Source: Gekko japonicus (taxonomy: Eukaryota). From it: a stretch of DNA of 64,000 bases. Shown in pieces: positions 14,156 to 25,552 of the stretch (the first letter of the stretch is position 1; every line of letters begins with the position of its first letter). A model generated the notes under the pieces. That model searched no databases. It saw only the letters and a program-made list of their open reading frames with translations, and had not been told where the DNA came from. Position numbers and translations under genes: made by a program. The stretch is from positions 394,478 to 458,477 of the forward strand of contig NW_015176495.1 in NCBI RefSeq assembly GCF_001447785.1. The letters run 5' to 3'.

Positions 14156-14157
14156 TG

Positions 14158-14489
14158 TCCCTTGGACTGCAAGAAGATCAAATCAGTCAATCCTAAAAGA
14201 AATCAACCCTGACTGTTCTCTGGATAGCCAGATAATGAAACTGAAGCTCAAATACTTTGGCCACCAAATGAGAAGGGAGCACTCACTGGAGAAGACCCTG
14301 ATGTTGGGAAAGATTAAAGGTCAAAGAAGACGGGGACGGCAAAGGATGAGATGGTTAGACAGTGTCATAGATGCAACGAACATGAAGTTGAGCAAACTTC
14401 AGAGGACAGCGGAAAACCGGAAGGCCTGGCATGATCTGGTCCATGGGGTCGCAAAGAGTCGGACTCGACTGTGCGACTGAACAACAAAA
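14158..14489 (+). mobile_element. BovB/RTE LINE 3' end within a (TATG)n microsatellite in the L1 3' UTR
   Basis: PWTARRSNQSILKEINPDCSL...RRRGRQRMRWLD...GVAKSRTRL, tail gactgaacaacaa, with (tatg)n on both sides. Confidence 0.93.
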
Positions 14490-14849
14490 ATGTATGTATG
14501 TATGTATGTATGTATGTATGTATGCATGTTTTTGTTTTTTGTTGGTCTTGCATAAAAATAAAATTGTTTATACAAAAAAGAAAAAGGTGGGAAGTGAGAT
14601 GTCCTGGCTCAAGCGGAATCTAGAAACCACTTTTGGTAAAAGTGAATACTGGATCTTAATATCACTTTTTGGTCATGAAAGTTTATAAAAGCATAGTCAG
14701 CCTTAAGGGTTGTAATTTCACCTACCCTCCTGGCAGATATAATAGCCCCTAGGAAGGATACCTTCAAGGACAGGTTATCAAGGGAGCATGTGGCTAAAGG
14801 CTCAAAGGGAGGTTGCATTAAATTAGTTACTACCAGGGACAGAGACCAT

Positions 14850-15392
14850 CACATTGACCATGTGGGGCAATTTTTTTTCTGGTGGAGCTGAAGTTCTCAG
14901 TGCAGAAAGAAAAGCCATTTAGCCAATAGAAAGCTGTTACCAGGATAGATCTCTAAATTGCAAGCTGTCAACCACTTTAGATAACAGTCCTCAGCTGCAG
15001 CAAGTTAATCATTTCTCCCAGCCTAAGCAACAATTCTGATAACAAGCCGGCAGGTGGGGGTGATGACTTCTATAGTCAAGAAAGCTAACACTTAGACAGA
15101 AAAACTTTCTTAATAATCAATTTTTCTTTTCCTTTTTTCTTCTTCAATTTTTCCAGTTTCTCGACACAGAGTTAGACGGGATCCTAGACGTCACCCACTC
15201 CAAACCCTCTGTTCAGTGCGAGAATTAGTCAACCCCACTCTGCTTAAAGGAGCATGCACCTTTTAAAATGTTTTTAAATTACTGAAAAAAGCATTTACAG
15301 GAGAAATTCTTGTGGGGTTGTACCTTTAAGAAAGGAGCGCTGCCCCTATTCATGTGTGGGTCCCCCAAAAGCCCCATGGCTGCTACAGGCCT
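14850..15392. mobile_element. Non-autonomous DNA-transposon-like insert in the DIRS remnant
   Basis: Interrupts the DIRS PQ(W)SL codons, with a degenerate 8-bp TSD gagaccat/gagacaac. The right end ctacaggcctg is hAT-like; the left TIR is not recognisable. Confidence 0.55.
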
Positions 15393-15751
15393 GGAGACAA
15401 CTGAGGTACAATGGGTGTCCTAGGAAGGTACAGATGGTTAAGGCCCTTGAGGAACCTCTCTGAAACCTCATGTGAGAAGACAGATTGAAAGGCAGGGATT
15501 GCTGCTAAATGGACATTAACAGAAGATACTGATAAACCTCTGTCCTTTAATGACAGTAAATATGCCAAAAACAGTGACAGTGGACAGTCAGTAGGGGAGA
15601 ACTCTTTGTCTTCCAACCAACCAAAGGGTGAAAAGTTTCAATTTGTATGAATAGGAGAGCCTAGTCAAAGGTCTGCGAACACTGACAAGAACAGACTTCA
15701 CTGACTCAGAGAAGGGTCATTCTCCAGGCTTAGCAACCAAGTAGTCAGGTA

Positions 15752-16351
15752 TAGAGATGTAAAATTTTCGGAAATTTTGAAGCTCGGAAAACCAGGGTTG
15801 GTTTTTTTTTGTTTTTTTCAGGGAAAACCAGAAATGTTCAGAAAAATTGAAAAAAATGCTACATTAGCACTTCTTTTTTCTTTTCCAGATTAAAAGTCAT
15901 TCTGTTACTTTAGGAACATAAAATATGACTATGGACATTTTTACCTGGCATGAAATTATCACAACTAGCATATTAAAAATATAGTGTATCCAAACAATTA
16001 TTACAAACAGAATACCCAACCACATGCAAAAACAAAACTGAAACCTTTTTCTTTTCTTGTGACAATAGCAGCTCCTAAAGGAAGAAATGCATCTTTTTCT
16101 TGCATTGGAGAGTTCAGTTTTTAACCTAGGACTTGCTTGTCCTCAGTGCACAGAAATTAGATCAATCTGATACCATACATAATTTTAGAAATGATTTGGA
16201 AAATATTTGAACACCTTGTCTTAAAATATTTTATTCATCATGTTAAAATAAAATGTTCCATAATCAATTTTTCTTTTCCTTTTCTTTTCTTCAATTTTTC
16301 CAATTTTTTTCCTGAATTTTTCCGTTTTTCTCCCGGGCCCTCACATCTCTA
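15752..16351. mobile_element. hAT non-autonomous element
   Basis: TIR TAGAGATGT...ACATCTCTA and 8-bp TSD gtcaggta/gtcaggtt. Confidence 0.85.
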
Positions 16352-16601
16352 GTCAGGTTCTCTACTTCTAGGTACACCCTGTACACTCAATAGGTCTGGA
16401 ACCTGAGGTAGGTGGATAAATACACCCTTCAACCTGTGTAGTAGAACCTGGAACCAAATCTGTCTCAGCCTGAAGGGGGTGACTAAGATACAATGGGAGT
16501 TGTCTCTGACTAATTTTGGCCACTACTCTCCCTATCAAAGGAATGGGGGAAGGCATAAAATAAGGCCTGATTCCAAATTAGCTGAAAGGCATCCCCTAGG
16601 G

Positions 16602-16797
16602 CAGTGGTGGCGAACCTATGGCACGGGTGCCAGAGGTGGCACTCAGAGCCCTCTCTGCGGGCACACATACCATCACCCCTGCCAGGCCCAGACCATCATT
16701 AAAATGTCGAATTCTCTGCCAAATAATTTTAAATAAATTAAAGCATTTGGGATTGCTTTCCTTACTTTGTTTGGATCATCTTAAGTTAATGTATGAG
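16602..16797. mobile_element. Truncated hAT MITE (inverted copy of 19309-19624)
   Basis: Begins CAGTGGTGGCGAACCT and is the reverse complement of about 19430-19624. Confidence 0.85.
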
Positions 16798-18125
16798 AAT
16801 AATGGATATCGAACAACAAGCGGATCTTGATAGATATCCTAAATTTAGAGTGCCAAATCAAATTAGATATCATTCAGTCCTGATGGCATATCTAACACCA
16901 TGATATAAATAAATATAGGAAAGCCTTCAGACCAGCTAGATGTGAGGCTCTCCCCTCTGCGGTGCTTGAGGGCAGATATACAATATTTATTATTTATTTA
17001 TTACATTTTTACCCCACCCTCCCCGCGAGCGGGCTCAGGGCAGTTTACAAGGGGCAGAGCCCACGTAAAACATAATAAAAGTAATAAAACCATTAGATAA
17101 CACAGATACAAGTAAAGTGCTCCATGAAAACATGATGGTCCCCGAATAAATCTCATGATGGTAACAGTCAGTTCTTTGGGGGTGATCTTGTCCTGTAGTT
17201 GATCCCAAGTAAGTCCGGTGGTACCAGTGCCACGTTGGTGTTGTAGAAGATCTTCCTGGGGCCGTCCCTAGTCCCATTGTTATCCACACCATTGGTGTTG
17301 GTGGCAGTGGCAGCCCCTATGATGTTTAGATGTAAGTGGTACAATGAGGTTCGAGATAGATTAATTCAACCTCTTATTAAAGAGATGCCTGGGCAGACAG
17401 ACTCGGATTGCTGTAATAACCTGTTATCTGATTAAAATCACTCTATTACTAAGATTGTGGCTAAATTTTGGGCGGCATGTTGTTGCATTCCAAAGGTACA
17501 GCTTAGTTTGTAAAATTGCAAATCTTTCATTTTTTGTGTGTGTCTTTTAGTGAATCTGTTATATGCATTTTATATTTCTATAAGAAAGAAGACCCGCGAA
17601 ACTCGCGGGGGGGGGAGCTGCAAACTCAGCAGGCGTAGGAGGAACCAGCAGGAGCAGGTAAGCTCTCCACTCCCCACATCCCGCCGGTTCCTCCGTCTCC
17701 TCCACCCCCCCGCCTCCTCCCCCCTCAGGCCTTGTCGGCTCCCCTCCCCGCTCGCTCGCTCCAAAGCGAAGCCCGCGCAGCTTGTAGCCGCCGGGCCTCG
17801 CCGCCTCCCCCCCTCCGAGGCGGCAGCTGCAGAGCGTTCCCTGCGCATGCGCAGGGGACGCTCTGTCACTTTTGGGGGGATTTAAGTATCCCCCCCGATA
17901 TTTTTAAAAACTTTTTAGATTTTTGTGCACACCTGGGGACCACCCCACGTGTGCACAAAACTTTCCCTCCCCCCCGGGTGCCCCCGGTGCGCAGATTTAG
18001 CTATCCGCACACCAGGGGGCGACTTCGGTATTAGTATATAGATATTGTATATTTTGTAATATCTTATTTTGGTGCCCCCTTGCTGAAGTGTTTGGATTGT
18101 TCTGGCTGGATGTCGTACTAACATT
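16798..18125 (+). mobile_element. Second, diverged RTE-X-like LINE 3' end, interrupted by an L2-tailed insert (about 16985-17300) and a Helitron
   Basis: RIMDIEQQADL...KYRKAF...CEALPSAVLEGRY, later ITKIVAKF, followed by a T-rich 3' UTR. Confidence 0.65.
17581..18042 (-). mobile_element. Non-autonomous Helitron
   Basis: Minus-strand 5' end A|TCTATATACTAATA. Subterminal hairpin CCCGCGA-GTT-TCGCGGG, then 8 nt and CTTA|T (a degenerate CTAG). Inserted between A and T with no TSD. CpG-rich. Confidence 0.75.
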
Positions 18126-19308
18126 TCTTCTTCTTCTCAGCCAGGAAACCATGGTTAAGGGCACTGGTGGTTATGTTGCTGGTTAGAGATCCCAGGTGGC
18201 ATGTTGATTTTCCCAGCATGTGTGAAGATACGGGACAAGATGGAATACTACTCCTACTCCCCATGGTAGTGTTTTTACTGTTCCCAACAGTAAGAAGGAC
18301 ATATTGATGAAATACTTCAGAATCAATGACAGGCATCCTGCTCAAATTCTCAGTACTGAGATTGATGGTGGCTGAGTCCAGGAATCTGGCAAGCACCATC
18401 TGGAACATTCTTGGTACTGAGAGTAAGAGAGGGACTGTAGTTATGGTAAAACCAGTAGAAGTGCATGTAGCCAGGATGGCTTGGCAGGTGAGAGGTGTCT
18501 GTAGACAGTCCTCCCACTGTACCTCCAAGAAGATGCCAATTAGTTGAACATCTAGTGATGGAGACCTGTCAACTGACATAATTCCCTAGGTAAGACTGAT
18601 GCACTGAAGGACTTCCAGTATCAACTCTTGTCCCAGTAGCTCTATGAAAAAGGCGAAAGTCAGTGAGATAGAGGAATGTGAAGGAGCATTCTTCACAGGA
18701 TTGATCCCTTTGAGTGATCTCATTGCCTCAGAGGCAGAAGGGTCTTTTTTCTCAGAGAATGACCCAAAACCTAGTGGAATGGTTGCACCATGCCTGCTTG
18801 ATTCCCTGAAGCAGTAAATGGAGGTCTCTACACTGTGCTGGTTTCCAAATACAAGAGAGACCAGTCATGACCATCAGATAAAGGGAGCTTTCCATCACAC
18901 AAACAACACTTCTGGTAAGTGGTATTGTTCACCATAGGTACCAGAGTGCCACAGAAAATTATGGAAGATGATAAAATGATAGAATACTGCCGGATGAAAA
19001 GAAATGATGATGCTAGCCCTCAGACAATGTATATATGAAGAGAGGATATGTAACTCTGCTGATACTGAGGTGGACAAAAGAACTGAGCANNNNNNNNNNN
19101 NNNNNNNNNNNNNNNNNNNNNNGCACAGTCCGGACTGCTCTTCTGAAGCTCTGTGCAGGCATGAAACCCATTAGCATGTTGCACAAAGACCATGAAGATT
19201 TGTGTTGAACCATATCTTCACCAGCCTATTCCTCCATGACATACGATGGGTGCTGTACCTCCACTAACTGGACACCAAATCAAGATAATCCTCTCCCTTC
19301 CCCTAAAG

Positions 19309-19624
19309 CAGTGATGGCGAACCTTTTAGAGACCGAGTGTCCAAACTGCGACCCAAAACCCACTTATTTATTGCAAAGTGCCAACATGGCAATTTAACTT
19401 GAATACTGAGGTTTTACTTTAGAAAAAACAACTCATACATTAACTTAAGATGATCCAAACAAAATAAGGAAAGCAATCCCAAATGCTTTCATTTACTTAA
19501 AATTATTTGGCAGAGAATTCAACACTTTAATGATCTGGGCCTGGCTGAGGCAATGGCACGCGTGCCCACAGAGAGGGCTCTGAGTGCCACCTCTGGCACC
19601 TGTGCCACAGGTTCGCCACCACTG
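19309..19624. mobile_element. Complete hAT MITE
   Basis: TIR CAGTGATGGCGAACCT...AGGTTCGCCACCACTG and TSD ccctaaag/tgctaaag. Confidence 0.88.
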
Positions 19625-21889
19625 TGCTAAAGCAACATACTAACCTGATCCATCATAACATGCTAACCTGATTCCCACCCCCACTTTTCTTTTTGACACA
19701 GCAACCTGCTGAAGGAAATTGCCAAGGAATGCTGAGGCCACAGGAAGAAAGACAACATGCCAAGCCTTACAGTGGGCACAATCCCTTGTTTTAATAGCTC
19801 CTAACAGCTCCTAACAGGTAGCACCCAGTTGGAACAGGCATGGAACAGCACACTACATGAACTGAAACCTAGTAACTGATTCCCTCCTCCCAGCAATGGA
19901 GCCACCAACAGAAGTGAAGACACAGCAATGTAAACCAACTCCATTCCATCCCATCCTGATAGCTCCAGGCACAGGGAAGGAGACAGAATGTGAGTTCCTT
20001 AGTAAAAGAAATTGTTATTCATGTTCACTGAAGGGATTTTTCCCACCTCATATTTTCTTTCATTGTCATCTGCTACAATTCTATAAAGCAAGGGAACAAG
20101 GTCCTTGGTATTTGCAATAATATCAGCAGGTAGGGCCCAACAGAGCCACTTGGGGCCAGTCTTCCATCTCTTAACTTTTCTCCCACAACCAGTAACAATA
20201 CTACTAAGAAACAATATAGCACTTAGAACGCTCTAAAGTATTTCACATAAATGTGTAACTGCTTTCAATCAATGTGGTTGAATCCCATTGCTGTTTTGAA
20301 ATCTGAATCCCTGAATAAAATTAGAAATGTACAATTGTATTAAAGATTAATTTTGATAATCGGAACTCCTGGAGCAAGTTGACTAATCCTAAGGATGAAC
20401 TCTATAGAAACTGTTGGTGGAAAAAACTAACTATAGTGGGAAGCTATGAATTTCTGAGCTTGCTTAGGTCACCATTAATAATCAGCAATTTAGGACACCA
20501 TGTGAAATATACGTAAGTTTAAATATTTATCTTACACTAGCTTTATTTATTCAGGTAAAAAACTCTCACTTGGTTTCTTTGTATATATTGTACATTACCC
20601 TGAGAAACAGAATAAATTTATTCACTTCTTAATTGCTAAAATTCAGAATACATTGAAGATTAGCTAAACAAACAATGTTTAATCTTTGAACTTTACCCTC
20701 CAGGAAGCCATTCTGAACACTGGCTTGTCTTAGGGAAATCGGATTAAAATTGTTCAGTTGCCCTACTCTTTCAATCCATGTCTGAACAGAAAGATGCTGC
20801 TCAACAGGAACAGAATTTACTTCCTTTAATGGAAAAACCTTAATTACAAATCCAACTAAAACATACTTCCTTCATAAATCCATTACCGCAAAAGACATGC
20901 TGAGGATTTTTTAAATCCTTAATTTGTAATTTAGACCTACTGTTATCTCATTTGTATGAAATTCCAACTACTTTTGCAGCAAGTCAACTTGCAAAACATT
21001 AAGGTTTACAAATGGTTCAATTACTCATTGACAGTTTGAGTCAAACTAGATCTACATTAGACATGTCAAGACTTTTTTTAATTCTACAACTCAATAAAGA
21101 ACAAGCACCAATGTTTAAAGGGAAACTCTCCTAACAGCTTTCCAATGTTTACTTTATGTGGAATACATCTACATATCTTATGTTAGTGTCACACTATTCA
21201 TTTTCTATCCTAATTTGAATTCTATGTTAATTGAAATACTGAAGGAAAAGTTCCAAATGGTCTAGCAGAGAAGGGCCCACTCCATGGTTAACTGCAGATG
21301 TCATACCTCCTTACCGCTTTAAAGGCTAAGAGGATGGAGACTTTTTAAATGGAGTGTTCTTACTATTAGGCATTATAGGACAACTGTCTCTCTTATTTTT
21401 TTTTCCATTTGGGGCCATGGTAATACAGACATACACACATATATCCCACATACAGATACACAGGCAGGGTGGGAAAGTAGGTACAGTGTTGCTTAGGAGC
21501 TCTTCAACAAGTCAACTTGAATACTTTCTGCATAAAGCTTCAATATTTTATTTCAACATTGTGTGGAAGAGACCAAATGAAGTCATATATGCAGACACAT
21601 AAAAATAAAAGGTCTCTGTACAGCTTATAACTTTTACAACACAATACTAAGCCCCATCTCCGAAGGCTAACAGTATCAATCAAACCCTAGGGCAGAGTAT
21701 CCCACAGATCATTTCTATCCTGGAAAAAACTACTTATCTCACACAGGCCATGAATGGCAGATCATTCCCTTACTTACAAACGGTCACCTAATCTTAAGTA
21801 GCTTCTTACTTACAACAATGAAATACCCAGATGCACAAACTCAGGAACCATACTCCACAACAAACCTAGAAGTTTTACCCTCATATACA

Positions 21890-22760
21890 CAGGAAGGGTT
21901 AGTCCTACAGATATGAGAGACCAAGGCCATGAAGGGCTTTGTATGTGATAGCTACCACCTTGAAATGAGGGTGGTAACTGAGGGGCAGCAAATGGAGTGA
22001 CTGCATGATGGAGAATTTATTATATTATATTATATTATATTATATTATATTATATTATATTATATTATATTATATTTCTATCCTGCCCTGCCCCGCAAGC
22101 CGGCTCAGGGGTAGTTCACAACAAAATTCAACAGAATAAAACCAGTCAAGCAATAATCCGATTTAAAACCCTGATAGCAAAAGCACAAGATGGCAAAAAG
22201 TACTACAGAAGCTCCCAGAGGACACTATGTGTGTGGCCAGATGGAACAGTAGTTTGGGGAATAGATGGTAAGCACCAGGAAGATGGATGAAACGGACAGG
22301 TGGAGCTCATGATAATAATTGAGCTTCAGCCTTCTGCAGCAAATGGAGTCATCAAGTTGACTTCAAGAGAAGAACTATGCAGAGTGTAGAAGTCTAGTAT
22401 CAATGTTACCATGGTGTGGATCCAGGTGGCCAAATCAACTGTGTCAAAGTAAAAGACCATCTTCCAGACTAGACTGAAGAAACTGTTTTTTGCAGCTGCA
22501 TTAACTTGCTTCTCCAGGAGCAATGCTGGAGGCTCTTAATTGAGTTACCAAGAGTCATCTCTACCCATTGAAATTTGGAACCCCAATGTCCCTAAAGACT
22601 TCCCAACCAGTATCATTTCCCTCTTGTCTGAGTTCAGTTTCAATTTGTTCACTTTCAGCCATTGAACCACAGAAGTCAGACAGCGGCTGAAGACCTCTAC
22701 TGCATCACCATGGGATTTGGACAGAGACATATAAGTGGGTGTCATCAGCATATTAATATA
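21890..22760 (-). mobile_element. L2-type LINE RT/3' fragment with an internal (TATAT)n tract and L2-tailed insert
   Basis: Reverse strand gives YADDT (gtcatcagcata), WLKVNKLKLNSDK and LLLEKQVNAAAK. Confidence 0.8.
22017..22075. repeat. (TATAT)n microsatellite
   Basis: Direct observation. Confidence 0.95.
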
Positions 22761-24492
22761 TCATGGACCTCCTTGGGCTAGCATGGGAGGATGAGTCTGC
22801 AGAAGTTGAAGGACTCACAGAGGATAACAGCAACCCCTCCCACCTAGCCACCTATGCAGGGCTGGGTAGAGGATAGTATAACCAGGCAGAGGTAGTTTGG
22901 ACAGACTCACCACATCGTTTTCTTCCACCAAAAAATTTCCAAAGGGAATATCTAATGTAAAATTGTGTTAGGTCAGACTAGGATAAAAATATAGTCATAA
23001 TGGTGAAGACTGCTGTGAATTTGTCCAATAATTAGTGCAATAGTGTGCACAGTCACTAACTACAGCAGAGGTTCACCTCACAGATTGAATGAACATCTGT
23101 CAGTGAAGTACAGACAAATGTTTTCTACTATTCAATTTTCTTTTAATGTGACCGTTATACTACCAAGCTGGCTATGGCTTCCTTTCTTTTAATGCTCAAC
23201 TTAGAATGCTCAGTGTCTGAGTACACTGAGTATTATAAGGTACATTTCTTTAGAGGGAGTGGCCCTATAGAGCTGGCTCCTGGCATTCTGGATGCTACGA
23301 ATAAAGAGGGATGAGGACTTTACATCAGTGTTGGGGGGGGAGTCTGGCTGGTTATCACTGGCAACAGGATGTTGGGACCTTTGGTTCCATCCAGCAAGGC
23401 AATTCTTGTGTTATTTTTTTCGACAAGGTCTCAGAGTGTCTAGCCTTTGGACAGAACAGGCAAAAATATATTTATGGGACTTGGAAATCTGAAAAGATTT
23501 TGGTTAAATCTATGTAATTCTCCGGCTGTTAGTAAACTATGGCTCTAATGGAGGGAACCAATTAATAGACTCTGGCTGAAGAGTCTTCCTATTTCAGACA
23601 ATCCCAATTATAAAAGATCAAAAATATTTTAAAGAGCTTGAATAACTGATACAACAATTCATCTGGGAAGGCAAAAAGCCAAGAATTAAGTTAAAAATAT
23701 TGCAAGATTCCAAGGAAAGAGGAGGATTTCTGATTGGAAACTATATTATAAAGCGGCAGCACTTACATGGGTGAAGGATTGTGTTACAGTGGAAGATATG
23801 AGATTGTTAAAGCTGGAAGGACATGACCTAATGCTGGGTTGGCATGCTTTTGTTTGGGATCAAAAAAGTGGTAACCACAAGTATTTTAAGCAACACATAC
23901 TGAGAGCAGCTCTAATAAAGGAATGGGAGCAAGTTCAGAAATTGCAGTATAACAAGATACCAAAATGGGTTTCTCCATTAGAAGCCTTTACAAATCCAAT
24001 AACATTTGCAAAGGAACAACTGTGGAGATATCAAGACTTGCTAGATAGGCAACACAAATTAATTCAGCAAGAAAAGTTAAAAGAAAAAGGTATTAACCTG
24101 AACTGGTGGAAAAGAGCTCAAATAGATTCTAGATATGTAAAAGATAAAAAGACGGGATTTTACGATGTACCTGTACAAAATTTTGTGGTGTGCTGAAGGG
24201 AAATATATAAAACTGTTTTATAAGTTGTTATTAGAGATGAAAATGCAAGATGAGGTGGTAAAAGAAGCAATGATTAAATGGGCACAAAATATAGGCCATA
24301 ACATACAGCTAGAACAATTGGAAAAGGTATGGAAAGTTANNNNNNNNNNNNNNNNNNNNNNNNNNNNNNNNNNNNNNNNNNNNNNNNNNNNNNNNNNNNN
24401 NNNNNNNNNNNNNNNNNNNNNNNNNNNNNNNNNNNNNNNNNNNNNNNNNNNNNNNNNNNNNNNNNNNNNNNNNNNNNNNNNNNNNNNNNNNN

Positions 24493-24747
24493 GAGAACCG
24501 GGTTTGATTCCCCACTCCTCCACTTGCACCTGGCTGGATGACCTTGGGCAAGCCATAACTCTGGCACAGCTGTTCTTGGAAAAGAGCAGTTTCTGTCAAG
24601 AGTTCTCTCAGCCCCACCTACCTCACAGGGTGTCTGTTGTGGGGAGGGGAGGGGAAGGGAAAGGAGTTTGTAAGCCGCTCGGATACACCTTTGGGTAGTG
24701 AAGGGCGGGGTATAAATCCAATCTCTTCTCTTCTCTTCTTCTTCTTT
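24493..24747 (+). mobile_element. Squam3-like tRNA-derived SINE (gecko-type), 5' end hidden in a gap
   Basis: B-box gggtttgattccc, core ctcagccccacctacctcacagggtgtctgttgtgggga, and tail tgtaagccgct...gggcggggtataaat(tct)n. Confidence 0.75.
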
Positions 24748-25215
24748 ATGGATGGCATATGACACCTGAAAACTTAGCTAAATGGTATCCAAGTACGTCA
24801 AATGTTTGTTGGAAATGTAAACGAAAAACTGGTTCTTTTTACCATATGTGGTAGACATGTGACGTTGCTAAAAAATATTGGATATGGATACATGAGATAG
24901 TACAAAAAATTGACACAAGGGTACCATTCATACCAGAATTGTTTTTATTAAATAGTGTACCGCAAAATTTTAACAAAGAAGATGTAGATATGATCATACA
25001 AGTTGTATCCACAGCTAGAATTTTATATGCAAAATATTGGAAAAAAGAAGAGACACCTACAAAAGAAGAATTAATTTTTCGGCTGTTAGATGCAGCAGAA
25101 ATGGACAAATTAACTTTACAACTACATGAAATACAAGAAGGGAACTTTGAAAAGAAATGGGCGAGATTTTATAATTGGATGCAAAATTACCTTGGAGAAC
25201 TTAAACCATGAATAC

Positions 25216-25552
25216 TGTCAGGATCCACAGCAAAACAATGAAGTACACGCTTCCAGGAAGGTTTTACTTTTATTGAAAAGCCATAGATGCAATAACATGA
25301 ACACTGTTAGGAATGGCGGACTACCAATGCACATAATAGGATATAGGGCATTTGTATGCGCCCCCCCCAGCAATACCCAATTAGATGGGCTCCCACGTGC
25401 GGGAGATAGCGAGAGTCTCTAACAGGTAGACACCACAACTCCTCCAGTAACTCTTTACAGATAAGCGTTGCAGCTGTGAAGCAATTAAGCGCATGGGAAG
25501 GAATGCAAAGCAATTAGAAAGCCTCTCTCTACTCATGGCAGCGTGGCTGACA
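25216..25552 (-). mobile_element. Solo LTR (Gypsy-like)
   Basis: TGTCAG...CTGACA termini, a perfect 5-bp TSD AATAC and a minus-strand AATAAA at about 25270. Confidence 0.88.

Larger units (their letters stand above)
8178..14586 (+). mobile_element. Near full-length degenerate L1: GC-rich 5' UTR, ORF1 C-terminus, and ORF2 endonuclease, RT and Cys-rich end with poly(A)
   Basis: ORF1 remnant YRWLVPEGILFTYKG. APE motifs SINVSGLN, LQETH, NIYAPN, IGDCN. RT motifs NYRPISLLNVDYKI, GTRQGCPLSPLLF, AFADDL, KYLGI. Many stops and frameshifts. Confidence 0.93.
14590..16600 (-). mobile_element. DIRS-type retrotransposon remnant (tyrosine recombinase region), split by two DNA-transposon inserts
   Basis: ORFs 14609..14818 (PPFEPLATCSL..ISARRVGE), 15383..15616 (GLSVSSVNVHLAAI) and 16368..16556 (PIPLIGRVVAKI). 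Confidence 0.85.
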
